A stretch of DNA of 64,000 bases from an uncultured Gammaproteobacteria bacterium (GTDB lineage: Bacteria; Patescibacteriota; Patescibacteriia; UBA11705; JABHMO01), in NCBI GenBank assembly GCA_964434235.1, contig CAYSUN010000001.1, positions 18,574 through 82,573 on the forward strand, read 5' to 3'. The notes under the pieces were generated by a model. The model was not told where the DNA came from, did not search any database, and saw nothing but the letters and a program-made list of their open reading frames with translations. This document shows, one piece after another, positions 40,644-49,884 of the stretch (the stretch's first letter is position 1; the number at the start of each line of letters is the position of its first letter). The position numbers were made by a program, and so were the translations under genes.

Positions 40644-40672
40644 TTGACATAATATAAAATATATGCTATAAT
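40644..40672 (+). promoter_or_regulatory. consensus sigma70 promoter
   Basis: TTGACA-17-TATAAT with extended TG. Confidence 0.75.
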
Positions 40673-40719
40673 TACAAGAATCTGTTTATTGACAATCTAC
40701 TAAAAAAAAGGAGAAAATC

Positions 40720-41133
40720 ATGAAAATGCGTATTGAGGATGCAATTGTAGCATTTGTTGAGGCAGTTCTGCCTCGTAGTAGCGTGGGGAAGGTTCTGCAT
40801 GTTTGTCTGAACTTGACCTACGAGCATGTGCTCGGGGAAGAGTACACTGTGAAGCAACTTGTTCCTGATGAAGGTTCGGAGTGGGACGTTGAGGAAAGGT
40901 ATTCTGATGAGTTGAGGTCTAGGACAATTGGTGATAAACAAGAGTGGTTAGTTGATATGCCAGTCAGTGCGGGTTTCGGGTTGGCTGGTTCTGGCATCAA
41001 GGTTTTGGATGGAAATATTCCGTACCTTGATCGTCATGATGAGATGGCTTGGCAGTACGAACTTCAGTTCGTGCCCTTGTCAGTTACAGCACAATTTCGA
41101 CAGCTCAAGCGGTCGAAGATCAAGTCAGCCTAG
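40720..41133 (+). CDS. hypothetical protein
   Basis: SD aggag; 137 aa; ends KSA*. Confidence 0.7.
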   Translation: MKMRIEDAIVAFVEAVLPRSSVGKVLHVCLNLTYEHVLGEEYTVKQLVPDEGSEWDVEERYSDELRSRTIGDKQEWLVDMPVSAGFGLAGSGIKVLDGNIPYLDRHDEMAWQYELQFVPLSVTAQFRQLKRSKIKSA

Positions 41134-41147
41134 GCTGACGAAGGAGG
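41121..41147 (+). repeat. palindrome+SD junction, copy 1
   Basis: caaGTCAGCCTAGGCTGACgaaggagg. Confidence 0.85.
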
Positions 41148-41151
41148 CAAG

Positions 41152-41574
41152 ATGTTTGCTTTTTTGACGTTCCTCATTACATTGGTTCTGCACCATTTCG
41201 TTATAAGGTATTGGGGTTGGGCAGAGATGGGGGATGTCTGGGTGTATGTGGCTTCTCTCGTTTCCTTCTTGGCCATGGTTGGACTGGCTATTGGGGTTGA
41301 GCTGATGAAGAGGGATTTAGCTGTGGTCGGAGCCTTTGGTAAGAAGATCCTTTCCGGATTCTTTGAGCTTGTCACAGCTGGAGTATTTCTCGCAATTCTG
41401 TTTGTACCCTTTTCCGTATGTCTTTTCCTGGCTGTAAAAGAAACAGGAACTATGACGGTCGGGATGTTTCTACTGGACTATTTGGGGTCAGGAGTTGTCT
41501 TCGTTGGTTCTGTTTTTGCAGGGAGGTTTTTTAGAGCCTTTTTCAAGAAGTTATACAACAGCAAGTCAGCCTAG
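41152..41574 (+). CDS. hypothetical 4-TM membrane protein
   Basis: SD aaggagg; hydrophobic; ends KSA*. Confidence 0.7.
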   Translation: MFAFLTFLITLVLHHFVIRYWGWAEMGDVWVYVASLVSFLAMVGLAIGVELMKRDLAVVGAFGKKILSGFFELVTAGVFLAILFVPFSVCLFLAVKETGTMTVGMFLLDYLGSGVVFVGSVFAGRFFRAFFKKLYNSKSA

Positions 41575-41587
41575 CTGACGAAGGAGG
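41562..41587 (+). repeat. palindrome+SD junction, copy 2
   Basis: caagtcagcctagctgacgaaggagg. Confidence 0.85.
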
Positions 41588-41622
41588 ACGGATGATGAAG
41601 ATTTAAGCTTACATGAAAAATC

Positions 41623-41661
41623 ACCCCGTCACCACCATGTGGTCGACGGGGTTTTGTTTTT
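41623..41661 (+). terminator. rho-independent terminator
   Basis: accccgtc...gacggggt followed by a T-rich tail. Confidence 0.7.
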
Positions 41662-41833
41662 AAATAAAAGAAGATGAATCCTAGACCAGAAATTCAAAAG
41701 ATTATCAGCGAAGTTCAAGCAAATCATACTTAGTGAACATAAAGTCCACCACTGCCAAGTAGTTGGTGGATTTTTTTGTGTATTTTGAGTATAATATTGA
41801 AGAATTATATGTTTTGTAAATTAATATTTTATT

Positions 41834-42715
41834 ATGATTGGTATTTTTGACAGTGGGCTTGGCGGTCTGACAGTTCTAAAAGAAATTCGAAAGGTTTTGC
41901 CTGCGTATGATTACATGTATCTTGGTGATACTTTACATTTACCTTATGGCAATAGAAGTGATGAGGCTATTTTTGAATTAAGTCGCCGAGCTTGTGATTA
42001 TTTGTTTTCGCAAGGTTGTAAATTAATTATAATTGCTTGTAATACTGCCAGTGCCAAGGCTTTACGAAAACTTCAGCAAGAGTATTTGCCGGCCGTTAAT
42101 TTGCAGATTTCTCCACTACTCCTTCGACAAGCTCAGGATTCGGTCGAAATGACAAATAAGAATATACTTGGTGTAGTACGGCCAGTGGCGGAAAAAATTG
42201 CGAAACTCGGATATGAAAAAATCGGTATGATTGGAACAAAGGGAACTGTTAATTCAAATATTTATGTGCTAGAATTAAAAGAGCAAATGATTAAAGAACA
42301 AAGGAGTAGCGAGGCTGAATTTAAGATTAGTGTAGAACAACAAGCCACTCCACTTTTGGTACCATTGATTGAAGAGGGTTGGCTTAATGAACCAGAAACA
42401 GAATCTATTTTATCAAAATATTTAAAACCCTTGCAGGAAAAAGGTGTGCAATGTTTAATTTTGGGTTGTACACATTATCCACTTTTAATTAAAAAAATAA
42501 AAAAAATTCTTGGGCCGAGTTGTTATGTACCCAATCCAAGTGAAATAGTAGCGGAATCTTTGAAAGATTATTTGATTAAACATTCTGAACTTGAAAAAAA
42601 ATTACCAAAAAATGGGCGTGTTAGTTATTTTGTAACTGATTTGAATGATAATTTTCGTCAAGTGGCTGAGGCTTTATTCGGTGAGAAAATTAAGATAACC
42701 AAAGTAAAATATTAA
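41834..42715 (+). CDS. murI: glutamate racemase (with repeat-derived insertions)
   Basis: FDSGLGGL, IACNTAS, LGCTHYP. Confidence 0.95.
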   Translation: MIGIFDSGLGGLTVLKEIRKVLPAYDYMYLGDTLHLPYGNRSDEAIFELSRRACDYLFSQGCKLIIIACNTASAKALRKLQQEYLPAVNLQISPLLLRQAQDSVEMTNKNILGVVRPVAEKIAKLGYEKIGMIGTKGTVNSNIYVLELKEQMIKEQRSSEAEFKISVEQQATPLLVPLIEEGWLNEPETESILSKYLKPLQEKGVQCLILGCTHYPLLIKKIKKILGPSCYVPNPSEIVAESLKDYLIKHSELEKKLPKNGRVSYFVTDLNDNFRQVAEALFGEKIKITKVKY

Positions 42716-42847
42716 GAATAATTTTGCTTTAAACTTTTATATAATTAAAATTCTAAACATTTAAATAAAAATCATAAAAATAAAACTATAAAACTTCCAG
42801 CACTTTATAATTTGAATCGATAAAATGTCGGAATAAAAATTAGATCT

Positions 42848-44011
42848 ATGCTTACATTAATTATTTTTTTAGCGATTTTAGGTGTAATGGTATTTTTTCA
42901 TGAACTTGGTCATTTTTGGGTTGCCCGAAAATTTGGTGTAAAAACTGATGAGTTTGGTTTTGGTTTTCCACCAAGAATTTGTGGTTGGAGAAAAATTAAA
43001 GGTAAAAGAAAGTTTTTTTGGGGGAATGAAGATGCTGAAAAAATAGAATCAGAAGACACAATATATTCTTTGAATTGGATTCCAATAGGCGGATTTGTAA
43101 AAATAAAAGGTGAAGATGGTGAAGCTAAAAAAGAGCCTGATAGTTTTGGTAGTAAAAAAGTTTGGCAAAGAATCGCAATTTTGAGTGCTGGAGTTACTAT
43201 GAATCTTCTTTTGGCTTTAGTTTGTTTGATTATTGCTTTTATGATTGGCGCACCTCAGGTTGTTGATCAAGATTTAGCTTCTGCTAAAGTTGAGAATCCT
43301 AAAATTCAAATAATGAGTGTTTTGCAAGGTTCACCTGCGGAAAATGTGGGAATTCAAATGGGTGATGTTGTTTTATCTATTAATGATCAAACTTTTACAG
43401 AAGTTGTGCCTTTGCAAAATTTTATTAATGAAAATGAAGAGCAGGAACTGTTTTTTAAAGTTCAAAGACTTGATGAAGAAAAAGAGTTTACAGTTCAAGC
43501 TGAAATGCTTGCACAAATGCAGGAAGTGGGCGTGGGCATTGGTTTAGCGAAAACTGGGATAGTTTCTTATCCTTGGTATAAATCAATTTGGCTTGGTTTC
43601 ATGGCAACTGTATCTATGTTTGTGCAAATAATAGTTGCTTTTTATACTTTGATAAAAAATTCAATTATTGGACAACCTTTGGGAGTTGATTTGGCTGGAC
43701 CGATTGGCATTGCTGTTATGACTGGCCAAGTGGCGCGTATGGGGTTTGTTTATATTTTACAGTTTGCAGCTTTGTTATCATTGAATTTAGCTATAATTAA
43801 CTTTTTACCGTTCCCAGCCCTTGATGGCGGACGAGTATTATTTTTAATCATTGAGAAAATTAGAGGCAAGGCAGTTAATCAGAAAGTTGAACAAATAGTT
43901 CACGCTTCAGGCTTTGCTTTGTTAATGTTTTTAGTGATAATAGTAACGGGTAAAGATTTATTTAGATTTAAGGATTTCTTCATTAATTTATGGCAGACCA
44001 TATTTTCATAA
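42848..44011 (+). CDS. rseP: RIP metalloprotease RseP
   Basis: HELGH, PDZ domain, NFLPFPALDGG. Confidence 0.93.
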   Translation: MLTLIIFLAILGVMVFFHELGHFWVARKFGVKTDEFGFGFPPRICGWRKIKGKRKFFWGNEDAEKIESEDTIYSLNWIPIGGFVKIKGEDGEAKKEPDSFGSKKVWQRIAILSAGVTMNLLLALVCLIIAFMIGAPQVVDQDLASAKVENPKIQIMSVLQGSPAENVGIQMGDVVLSINDQTFTEVVPLQNFINENEEQELFFKVQRLDEEKEFTVQAEMLAQMQEVGVGIGLAKTGIVSYPWYKSIWLGFMATVSMFVQIIVAFYTLIKNSIIGQPLGVDLAGPIGIAVMTGQVARMGFVYILQFAALLSLNLAIINFLPFPALDGGRVLFLIIEKIRGKAVNQKVEQIVHASGFALLMFLVIIVTGKDLFRFKDFFINLWQTIFS

Positions 44012-44025
44012 ATCAAGCAGAGATA

Positions 44026-45048
44026 ATGCCAACGAATAGAGATTCTTCGCTAGACGACGAGAACTCTAGATTTATCGAATCTGAAAATTTAGAGCAAATT
44101 GCTAGTCTTGCTTTAGAAAAAAGGATTAAGTTAGATAATTTTTTTGATTTATCAAAATATCCAATTATTGAGAACGATTTTTTGCACAAGAAAAAAGATT
44201 TATATCAAATTGAGGATACTGATATTGTTATTCAAAGAGCTGAATTGAAAGCTCAGTTAGTCGAGATAAAAAGACGCTTACTTGAAGATTCAGATTTGAA
44301 CTTGTCTGAAAAACAAAAATTAGAAGCAGAAAAAGAAAGCTTTCAAAAAAAAGTTTCTAATTTACAAGTTCAATCGACTGGTACAATGCAAGGTTATGCA
44401 GAATTAGCCACAAGAAAAAAAAATCGATTAAGAACGAATTGGGTTAATTATGTGTTGGGAGAGGTTCAGATTATTGCAGATATTTTCTCTAAAGAAAACA
44501 TAGCTGGACAATATCACTTTGAGGATTTGCAGGCTGTTGTTTTAGCTTTTAAAGCTAAGATGGATGAATATTTAGTTCGTGAAGCCCAACTTAAAAGCGC
44601 TTTGACTGGTTTGCAAGAAATCGACCAAACAAAAGCAAAACAAGACTTGGCTTTGTTGGAATCCGAACTTAAAAATGTTTATTCAGCTAAAAAAGATTTT
44701 ATTTTGCAGGGTATGAATTCTTTGCATTTTGTAGCTACTCAAATGTTGGAAGTTTTGCGAAATGATATCGAGCAAGGTGAAATAAGAAGAAAGTTTACTT
44801 CAGGAAATCTTAATTTAGATAGTGTGTTTGACATTATAAATAATCATGAACCGCAAGCAATTATCGAACAAGTAAGGGCCATGCTTTTAGCAGATTATGA
44901 TAATGCGAATTGGCGGAAATTTATAAATATATATTTAAATAGCTTAGATTTAAGTGATTCTACGGCTGTACAAAAAAAAATAAATTCTTTATTAAACATT
45001 TTAACTGTGGTAACTTATGCCGATGAAAAAAAACAAAAAGCGAATTAA
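44026..45048 (+). CDS. hypothetical coiled-coil protein
   Basis: Long ORF; start 44026 avoids overlap with rseP (alternative start 43990). Confidence 0.65.
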   Translation: MPTNRDSSLDDENSRFIESENLEQIASLALEKRIKLDNFFDLSKYPIIENDFLHKKKDLYQIEDTDIVIQRAELKAQLVEIKRRLLEDSDLNLSEKQKLEAEKESFQKKVSNLQVQSTGTMQGYAELATRKKNRLRTNWVNYVLGEVQIIADIFSKENIAGQYHFEDLQAVVLAFKAKMDEYLVREAQLKSALTGLQEIDQTKAKQDLALLESELKNVYSAKKDFILQGMNSLHFVATQMLEVLRNDIEQGEIRRKFTSGNLNLDSVFDIINNHEPQAIIEQVRAMLLADYDNANWRKFINIYLNSLDLSDSTAVQKKINSLLNILTVVTYADEKKQKAN

Positions 45049-45769
45049 GTTTAATCTAATTGGAATAATTTTAGTGTTCCTTTTAGCAGTTTTTGTTTTT
45101 GTTTTGCTTTTTGTTAGTTACATGTATCAAGATTTAAAAAGTGTTCAGCAAGGAGTTTTTAATTTAACGGAGGAAGTTAAAATTACCAATGACAAAATTG
45201 ATCAATTTTCAATTACAGATGAACAAACAGCTCAAAAATCATTAAAGTTTACTGAAGCAACTAAAAAGTGGGATATTTATCAAAATAGTGAATACAAATT
45301 CCAATTTAAAAATCCGTTACCTTGGGGTAGCTTTAGCTTGTTAGCTAGTTATAATGAAGGAGATCATGAACCGTCTTCAGTCCAAGGTTTATTTGCTGGT
45401 GCTAGTAAATCTGAAGCCTTGAGCTTAGTTTTGATTGATTATGATAAGTTTCAAGGTGTTAATTATGCAAGTCATGAAGTAGAGCAATATTTAGTACAAA
45501 GCAGTTTAGGTGAATGTAATATAGAAATTTTTGCCGCTTTAAAAAAATTGAATTTAGGCGAAATTCGTAATTGTTTTGTGCGAGAAAATATTTTAAATCA
45601 AAAATACCTTGTATATCGTTATTACAAAGATTACGATGTGTTTGGCGCAGCTAAAAATAATTTGGTTATGGTTTATCCTCGTGAAAATTTTTATGTTTAT
45701 AGTTTCTTGAAAGATGATGTTTCAGCTGAAGTGGATTATTTTATCCAGAGTTTAGTTTTCATGCATTAA
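45017..45769 (+). CDS. membrane-anchored hypothetical (PsbP-like)
   Basis: TM, then WDIYQNSEYKFQFKNP. Confidence 0.6.
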   Translation: MPMKKNKKRIKFNLIGIILVFLLAVFVFVLLFVSYMYQDLKSVQQGVFNLTEEVKITNDKIDQFSITDEQTAQKSLKFTEATKKWDIYQNSEYKFQFKNPLPWGSFSLLASYNEGDHEPSSVQGLFAGASKSEALSLVLIDYDKFQGVNYASHEVEQYLVQSSLGECNIEIFAALKKLNLGEIRNCFVRENILNQKYLVYRYYKDYDVFGAAKNNLVMVYPRENFYVYSFLKDDVSAEVDYFIQSLVFMH

Positions 45770-45801
45770 AAAAAATGGTACAATGATTTTGCATAAAAAC
45801 T

Positions 45802-45868
45802 AATTACGAATCAGCTACTAATCTACAAATTACAAATTACGAATCAGCTACTAATCTACAAATTTACG
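45802..45868 (+). repeat. tandem duplicate of the tacgaat/ctacaaat element
   Basis: aattacgaatcagctactaatctacaaatt occurs twice. Confidence 0.8.
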
Positions 45869-45925
45869 GATTGAAAATTTAAAATAAAAAATACAAATTT
45901 AAAATAAAAAATAAAAATTGCAAAT

Positions 45926-46672
45926 ATGCCAGTAAAAAAGAGGGGAAGTTCTTTGTCTGAAAAAAAAGACAAACCAAAAACAAAAAAAGAATCAGTTTTA
46001 ACTAGTGATCAGATTCGGATAAGACTATTAAAAACTGAAGTTCATTATTCCAAAGGTTTAGCCATTAGTATCACAGTTTTAATTTTCTGTGTGTTTATTG
46101 CTTTTGGGGTTTTATTTAGTGCTATGTATTTGGAAACGAGAGCATCTCGAGTAATGTTCCAAGAAGCTCTAAAAGATGTTTTACCTGCAGGGTTTAACAT
46201 TGATTCTGAATATAATGTAACGGCAGATAATGTTGATGAAGAAGTTTACGATGAAGATATTGTTTATGATGATGTTGAAGAAAATTTAACTTTGTCTGGG
46301 GTAAATATGGACTTTGAAACTTGGCTAAGTTTTTCTAAATATGGAGTTCTAGTGTATTTTCCAAACTCTTGGACTTATTTTGATCGACCATTTGAAAAAC
46401 AAATACATTTTTTTGCTGATGGTTTAGTCCGGGCTGATAATTCAACTGAAATTGGTGATTTAGTTGTTTCTTTTGCTGATGAAAATAACTATAAAGAGTT
46501 AACGGCTAAATTAGTTTCTGTGGCTGGTAAAATTGGTTTTCGTTATGATCTTGGAGATAGTCAAGAAATCATCATTGCTAATAACGATAAATACATTGAA
46601 ATTTCTTATACCAATGAGTTAGAACAAGAAGTAGTTGAACAAATATTAGAAAATTTTCAAATTATTGAATAA
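45926..46672 (+). CDS. membrane-anchored hypothetical protein
   Basis: TM, then W.SFSKYGVLVYFPNSW. Confidence 0.6.
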   Translation: MPVKKRGSSLSEKKDKPKTKKESVLTSDQIRIRLLKTEVHYSKGLAISITVLIFCVFIAFGVLFSAMYLETRASRVMFQEALKDVLPAGFNIDSEYNVTADNVDEEVYDEDIVYDDVEENLTLSGVNMDFETWLSFSKYGVLVYFPNSWTYFDRPFEKQIHFFADGLVRADNSTEIGDLVVSFADENNYKELTAKLVSVAGKIGFRYDLGDSQEIIIANNDKYIEISYTNELEQEVVEQILENFQIIE

Positions 46673-46690
46673 TAAATAAAATTATCCACT

Positions 46691-46716
46691 AAAGGGGCTG
46701 TAAAAGCCTCTTTTTT
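46691..46716 (+). terminator. rho-independent terminator
   Basis: aaaggggct-gtaaa-agcctcttttt. Confidence 0.65.
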
Positions 46717-46826
46717 ATTAGTTGAAAATGATTAAATTTGCTATAATATTAATGATAAATATAATGTTATAAAGTGAACAAAGATAACGCTCAAAGTTTT
46801 TTTGTTTTACTAATTTAAAAAAAATT

Positions 46827-47819
46827 ATGATTAAAATTGCAATCAATGGCTTTGGCCGAGTTGGTCGAGCAGCTTTTAAAATCGCTTTAACAAAAAAGAA
46901 TCTTCAGGTTGTGGCCATTAATGATCTTGGTGAAATAAATAATTTAGCTTATCTTTTGCAATATGATTCTGCTCATGGTCAATTTGATAAAAAGGTTTCT
47001 GTAAAAGGAAATGATTTAGTGGTAAACGGGAAAAAATATCCAGTTTCTGCAATTGCTGAACCAAACAAATTACCATGGAAAAAATATAAAGTTGATGTGG
47101 CTTTGGAATGTACTGGCGTTTTTAAACAAAAGAGTGATATTGCCAAGCATCTAAAAGCTGGTGCGAAAAATGTTATTCTCTCAGCTCCAGCCAAGGATGA
47201 TGCAGTTAAAACTGTTGTCAGAAGTATTAATGATCATGATGTGAAAAAAGAAAATATTGTGGCTAATGCATCATGTACAACAAACTGTGTGTCGCCAGTT
47301 ATGGCTGTTTTGGAATCTGCTTTTGGCGTAGAAAAAGCTTTGTTAACAACTGTCCACGCAGTAACTTCAAGTCAAAGAACAGTTGATCTTGCTGATAAAG
47401 GTGATTGGCGTCGTGGTCGTTCAATTTTAGGTAATGTTATACCCACAACAACAGGAGCAGCTATTGCTACGGGCAAAGTTTTGCCAAGTTTAGTTGGTAA
47501 ATTTGATGGTATGTCAATTCGAGTTCCAGTTATTACTGGCTCGTTGATTGATGTTGTGGCTTTGCTAAAAAAAGATGTTACAGAAGAACAAGTAAATAAA
47601 GCTTTTATTAAATATTCGAAAATGCCACAATATAAAGGAATTTTAGAAATTGCTTCCAGTGAATTAGTTTCTTCTGATATTATCGGCAATCCAGCAAGTG
47701 CAATTGTTGATTTGAAATTTACCAAGGTTGTGGCTGGTAATTTGGTTAAAGTTTTGGCTTGGTATGATAATGAGTGGGGATATGCTAATCGTTTAGTTGA
47801 AATGGCAACTAAGGTGTAA
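46827..47819 (+). CDS. gap: glyceraldehyde-3-phosphate dehydrogenase
   Basis: INGFGRVG, ASCTTNC, WYDNEWGY. Confidence 0.97.
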   Translation: MIKIAINGFGRVGRAAFKIALTKKNLQVVAINDLGEINNLAYLLQYDSAHGQFDKKVSVKGNDLVVNGKKYPVSAIAEPNKLPWKKYKVDVALECTGVFKQKSDIAKHLKAGAKNVILSAPAKDDAVKTVVRSINDHDVKKENIVANASCTTNCVSPVMAVLESAFGVEKALLTTVHAVTSSQRTVDLADKGDWRRGRSILGNVIPTTTGAAIATGKVLPSLVGKFDGMSIRVPVITGSLIDVVALLKKDVTEEQVNKAFIKYSKMPQYKGILEIASSELVSSDIIGNPASAIVDLKFTKVVAGNLVKVLAWYDNEWGYANRLVEMATKV

Positions 47820-47918
47820 GTGGAAAATAAGGAAAAACAAGTAACAAGGGGAAACAAGAAGCAAGGGAAAAAAAGGAACAGGAAAACAAAGAACAAGAAA
47901 AAATAAATAACAAGGAAT

Positions 47919-48269
47919 ATGCAGACATATGATTTAACTGAAAGAATGTTTAGGTTTGCCAGAGATATTCGTTGTTTAGTAAATTCCTTACCAAAAAAGA
48001 CCACAAATTTTGAAGATGGACGTCAAGTTGTTCGATCTTCTGGCTCTGTTGGCGCGAATTATATAGAAGCGTCAGAACCATTGGGATTCAAAGATGAATT
48101 GCACAAGCTGAAAATTTCAAGGAAAGAAGTTAAAGAGACGATTTATTGGTTGAAGTTGATTATGTCTCAAAATAATATTGAATTACTGACGGATATTTCT
48201 AAGCTAATTGATGAAGCAACGCAAATATTAAAAATTTTATCAACTATTATTAAAAAGTTACAAGACTAA
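47919..48269 (+). CDS. four-helix-bundle protein (23S rRNA IVP-like family)
   Basis: YDLTER..F, QVVRSSGSVGANYIEA, KISRKE..ET.YWL. Confidence 0.9.
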   Translation: MQTYDLTERMFRFARDIRCLVNSLPKKTTNFEDGRQVVRSSGSVGANYIEASEPLGFKDELHKLKISRKEVKETIYWLKLIMSQNNIELLTDISKLIDEATQILKILSTIIKKLQD

Positions 48270-48311
48270 TTTTTTTGAATCTTGGTACTTAATTATTGTT
48301 GCTTATAGATT

Positions 48312-49100
48312 ATGTTTTTCTATTTATTACTATTTATTATTGGAGCTTGTGTGGGAAGTTTTTTGAATGTTGTTATTCTTCGCTTGCCACAAAAAAAGTC
48401 AATTGTTAAAGAAAGTTCGCACTGCCCAAATTGCCAAAAGAAATTGAAAGCTTATGATTTGATTCCAGTTATTAGTTTTTTTCTTTTGGGAGCAAAGTGC
48501 CGGAATTGTCAAAAGAAAATTTCTTGGCAATATCCAATTGTTGAATTAGTTTGTGCTGGTTTATTTATTTTTTTGGGCTATCATTATCAAATTTTGACTA
48601 ATTTTGCTAATCCAATTTTTTATCGGGATTTAGTTTTTGTTTCTACTTTGTTAATAATATTTGTGACTGATTTAAAATATTATTTGATTTTTGATGCGGT
48701 GACAGTTCCTCTTATGATTTTTGCTTTTTTGATTAATTTTTTCATACTAAGTAATTCAAATAACTATTGGTCAGTTTTTATAAATTTAATTGTGTCGGCT
48801 GTTATTGGCGGTGGTTTCTTTTTACTTCAATACATTGTGTCCAAAGGTAAATGGATTGGTGGTGGAGATATCCGTTTGGGTTTTTTAATGGGATTTATGC
48901 TCGGCTGGCCAATGATTTTAGTTGCTTTAGTTATCGCCTATTTAGTAGGAGCAATTATCAGTATATTTTTAGTAATTGGTAAAAAGAAAAAAATGAAAAG
49001 TGAAGTTCCTTTTGGTGTGTTTCTCAGTTTCGCTACATTTGTAGTTTTGATTTGGGGTAACCAGATTTTGAATTGGTATTTAACGCAATTGGGGATTTAA
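48312..49100 (+). CDS. pilD: prepilin peptidase A24
   Basis: GSFLNVV, SHCPNC..CRNC, GGGDIRL, VPFG. Confidence 0.93.
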   Translation: MFFYLLLFIIGACVGSFLNVVILRLPQKKSIVKESSHCPNCQKKLKAYDLIPVISFFLLGAKCRNCQKKISWQYPIVELVCAGLFIFLGYHYQILTNFANPIFYRDLVFVSTLLIIFVTDLKYYLIFDAVTVPLMIFAFLINFFILSNSNNYWSVFINLIVSAVIGGGFFLLQYIVSKGKWIGGGDIRLGFLMGFMLGWPMILVALVIAYLVGAIISIFLVIGKKKKMKSEVPFGVFLSFATFVVLIWGNQILNWYLTQLGI

Positions 49101-49114
49101 AGTGTTGAGTGAAA

Positions 49115-49357
49115 AAAAGTTAAAAGGCTTGCCCTGAACTTAACGTCTTATAGCGTTATAGTTCGGGGTAAAAGTTAAAAGTAAGTGTTAAGCCTGCCTG
49201 CCGGCAGGCAGGTATTAAGTAATAAATTTTTCTTGTTACTCGTTACTTGAATCCTTCTTTTCCTTGTTTTCTTGTTTTTATGTTTTATTGATTTCTTGTT
49301 TTAGTGGTTAAGTGTTAAAATGATTTCTTGATTTGTTGTTTTCTTGTTTTCTTGATT
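49115..49357. repeat. composite repeat, inverted copy of the 9.3-9.9 kb element
   Basis: Perfect palindrome cctgcctgccggcaggcagg (49193-49212); the reverse complement of 49242-49316 matches 9344-9418 at 73/75. Confidence 0.9.
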
Positions 49358-49365
49358 AAAAATGT

Positions 49366-49884
49366 ATGCGCGGATTTAGTTTAATTGAACTTATGATTTC
49401 TATAGCCATTGTTGGGTTAATAACTTCAATGGGAGTTTTAAGTTTTTCTGGACATAACGACAGAAAGAATTTTGACAATAGTATTAAGCTTTTAGAACAA
49501 AAAATTATTGAAACAAAAATATCTGCTTTAGCTGGGCAATTAGATAATAATGAATCAACTCCGATGTATGGGCTTCAGCTCGGTCAGAATAAAAAAGAAT
49601 ATTTTACATATTTTGATATAAATGGCAATTGCCAATTTGATAATGGTGAAACTATCAAAGAAACAGTAACTTTGCCAGATCAAGTTGAATTTATTTCTTC
49701 TTCGGTAAATGGTTTTTGTTTTCAGAGAGATTCAAGTGTGGACCATGTTTGTGCTTTTGGTGGTAATTGTAGTTTTGTTGGAAATTATACCTTATATTTA
49801 CAAGCACTTAAAATAAAAAAAGGCGCCAGTCTTAGCCTTAATAGTGAATCTGGTAATGTTAGTCTTGAACAGTTTGATTTATGA
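49366..49884 (+). CDS. type IV pilin (FimT-like)
   Basis: RGFSLIELM N-methylation motif. Confidence 0.85.
   Translation: MRGFSLIELMISIAIVGLITSMGVLSFSGHNDRKNFDNSIKLLEQKIIETKISALAGQLDNNESTPMYGLQLGQNKKEYFTYFDINGNCQFDNGETIKETVTLPDQVEFISSSVNGFCFQRDSSVDHVCAFGGNCSFVGNYTLYLQALKIKKGASLSLNSESGNVSLEQFDL

Noticed and set aside
39718-41375. Alternative-frame and antisense ORFs in the GC-richer islet
   Set aside because: They lack SD/promoter support and overlap better-supported genes
47372-48004. 210-aa minus-strand ORF
   Set aside because: Antisense shadow of gap plus the translated repeat tract
47919-48269. DGR Avd / diversity-generating retroelement
   Set aside because: No reverse transcriptase and no TR/VR pair with adenine-specific mismatches seen
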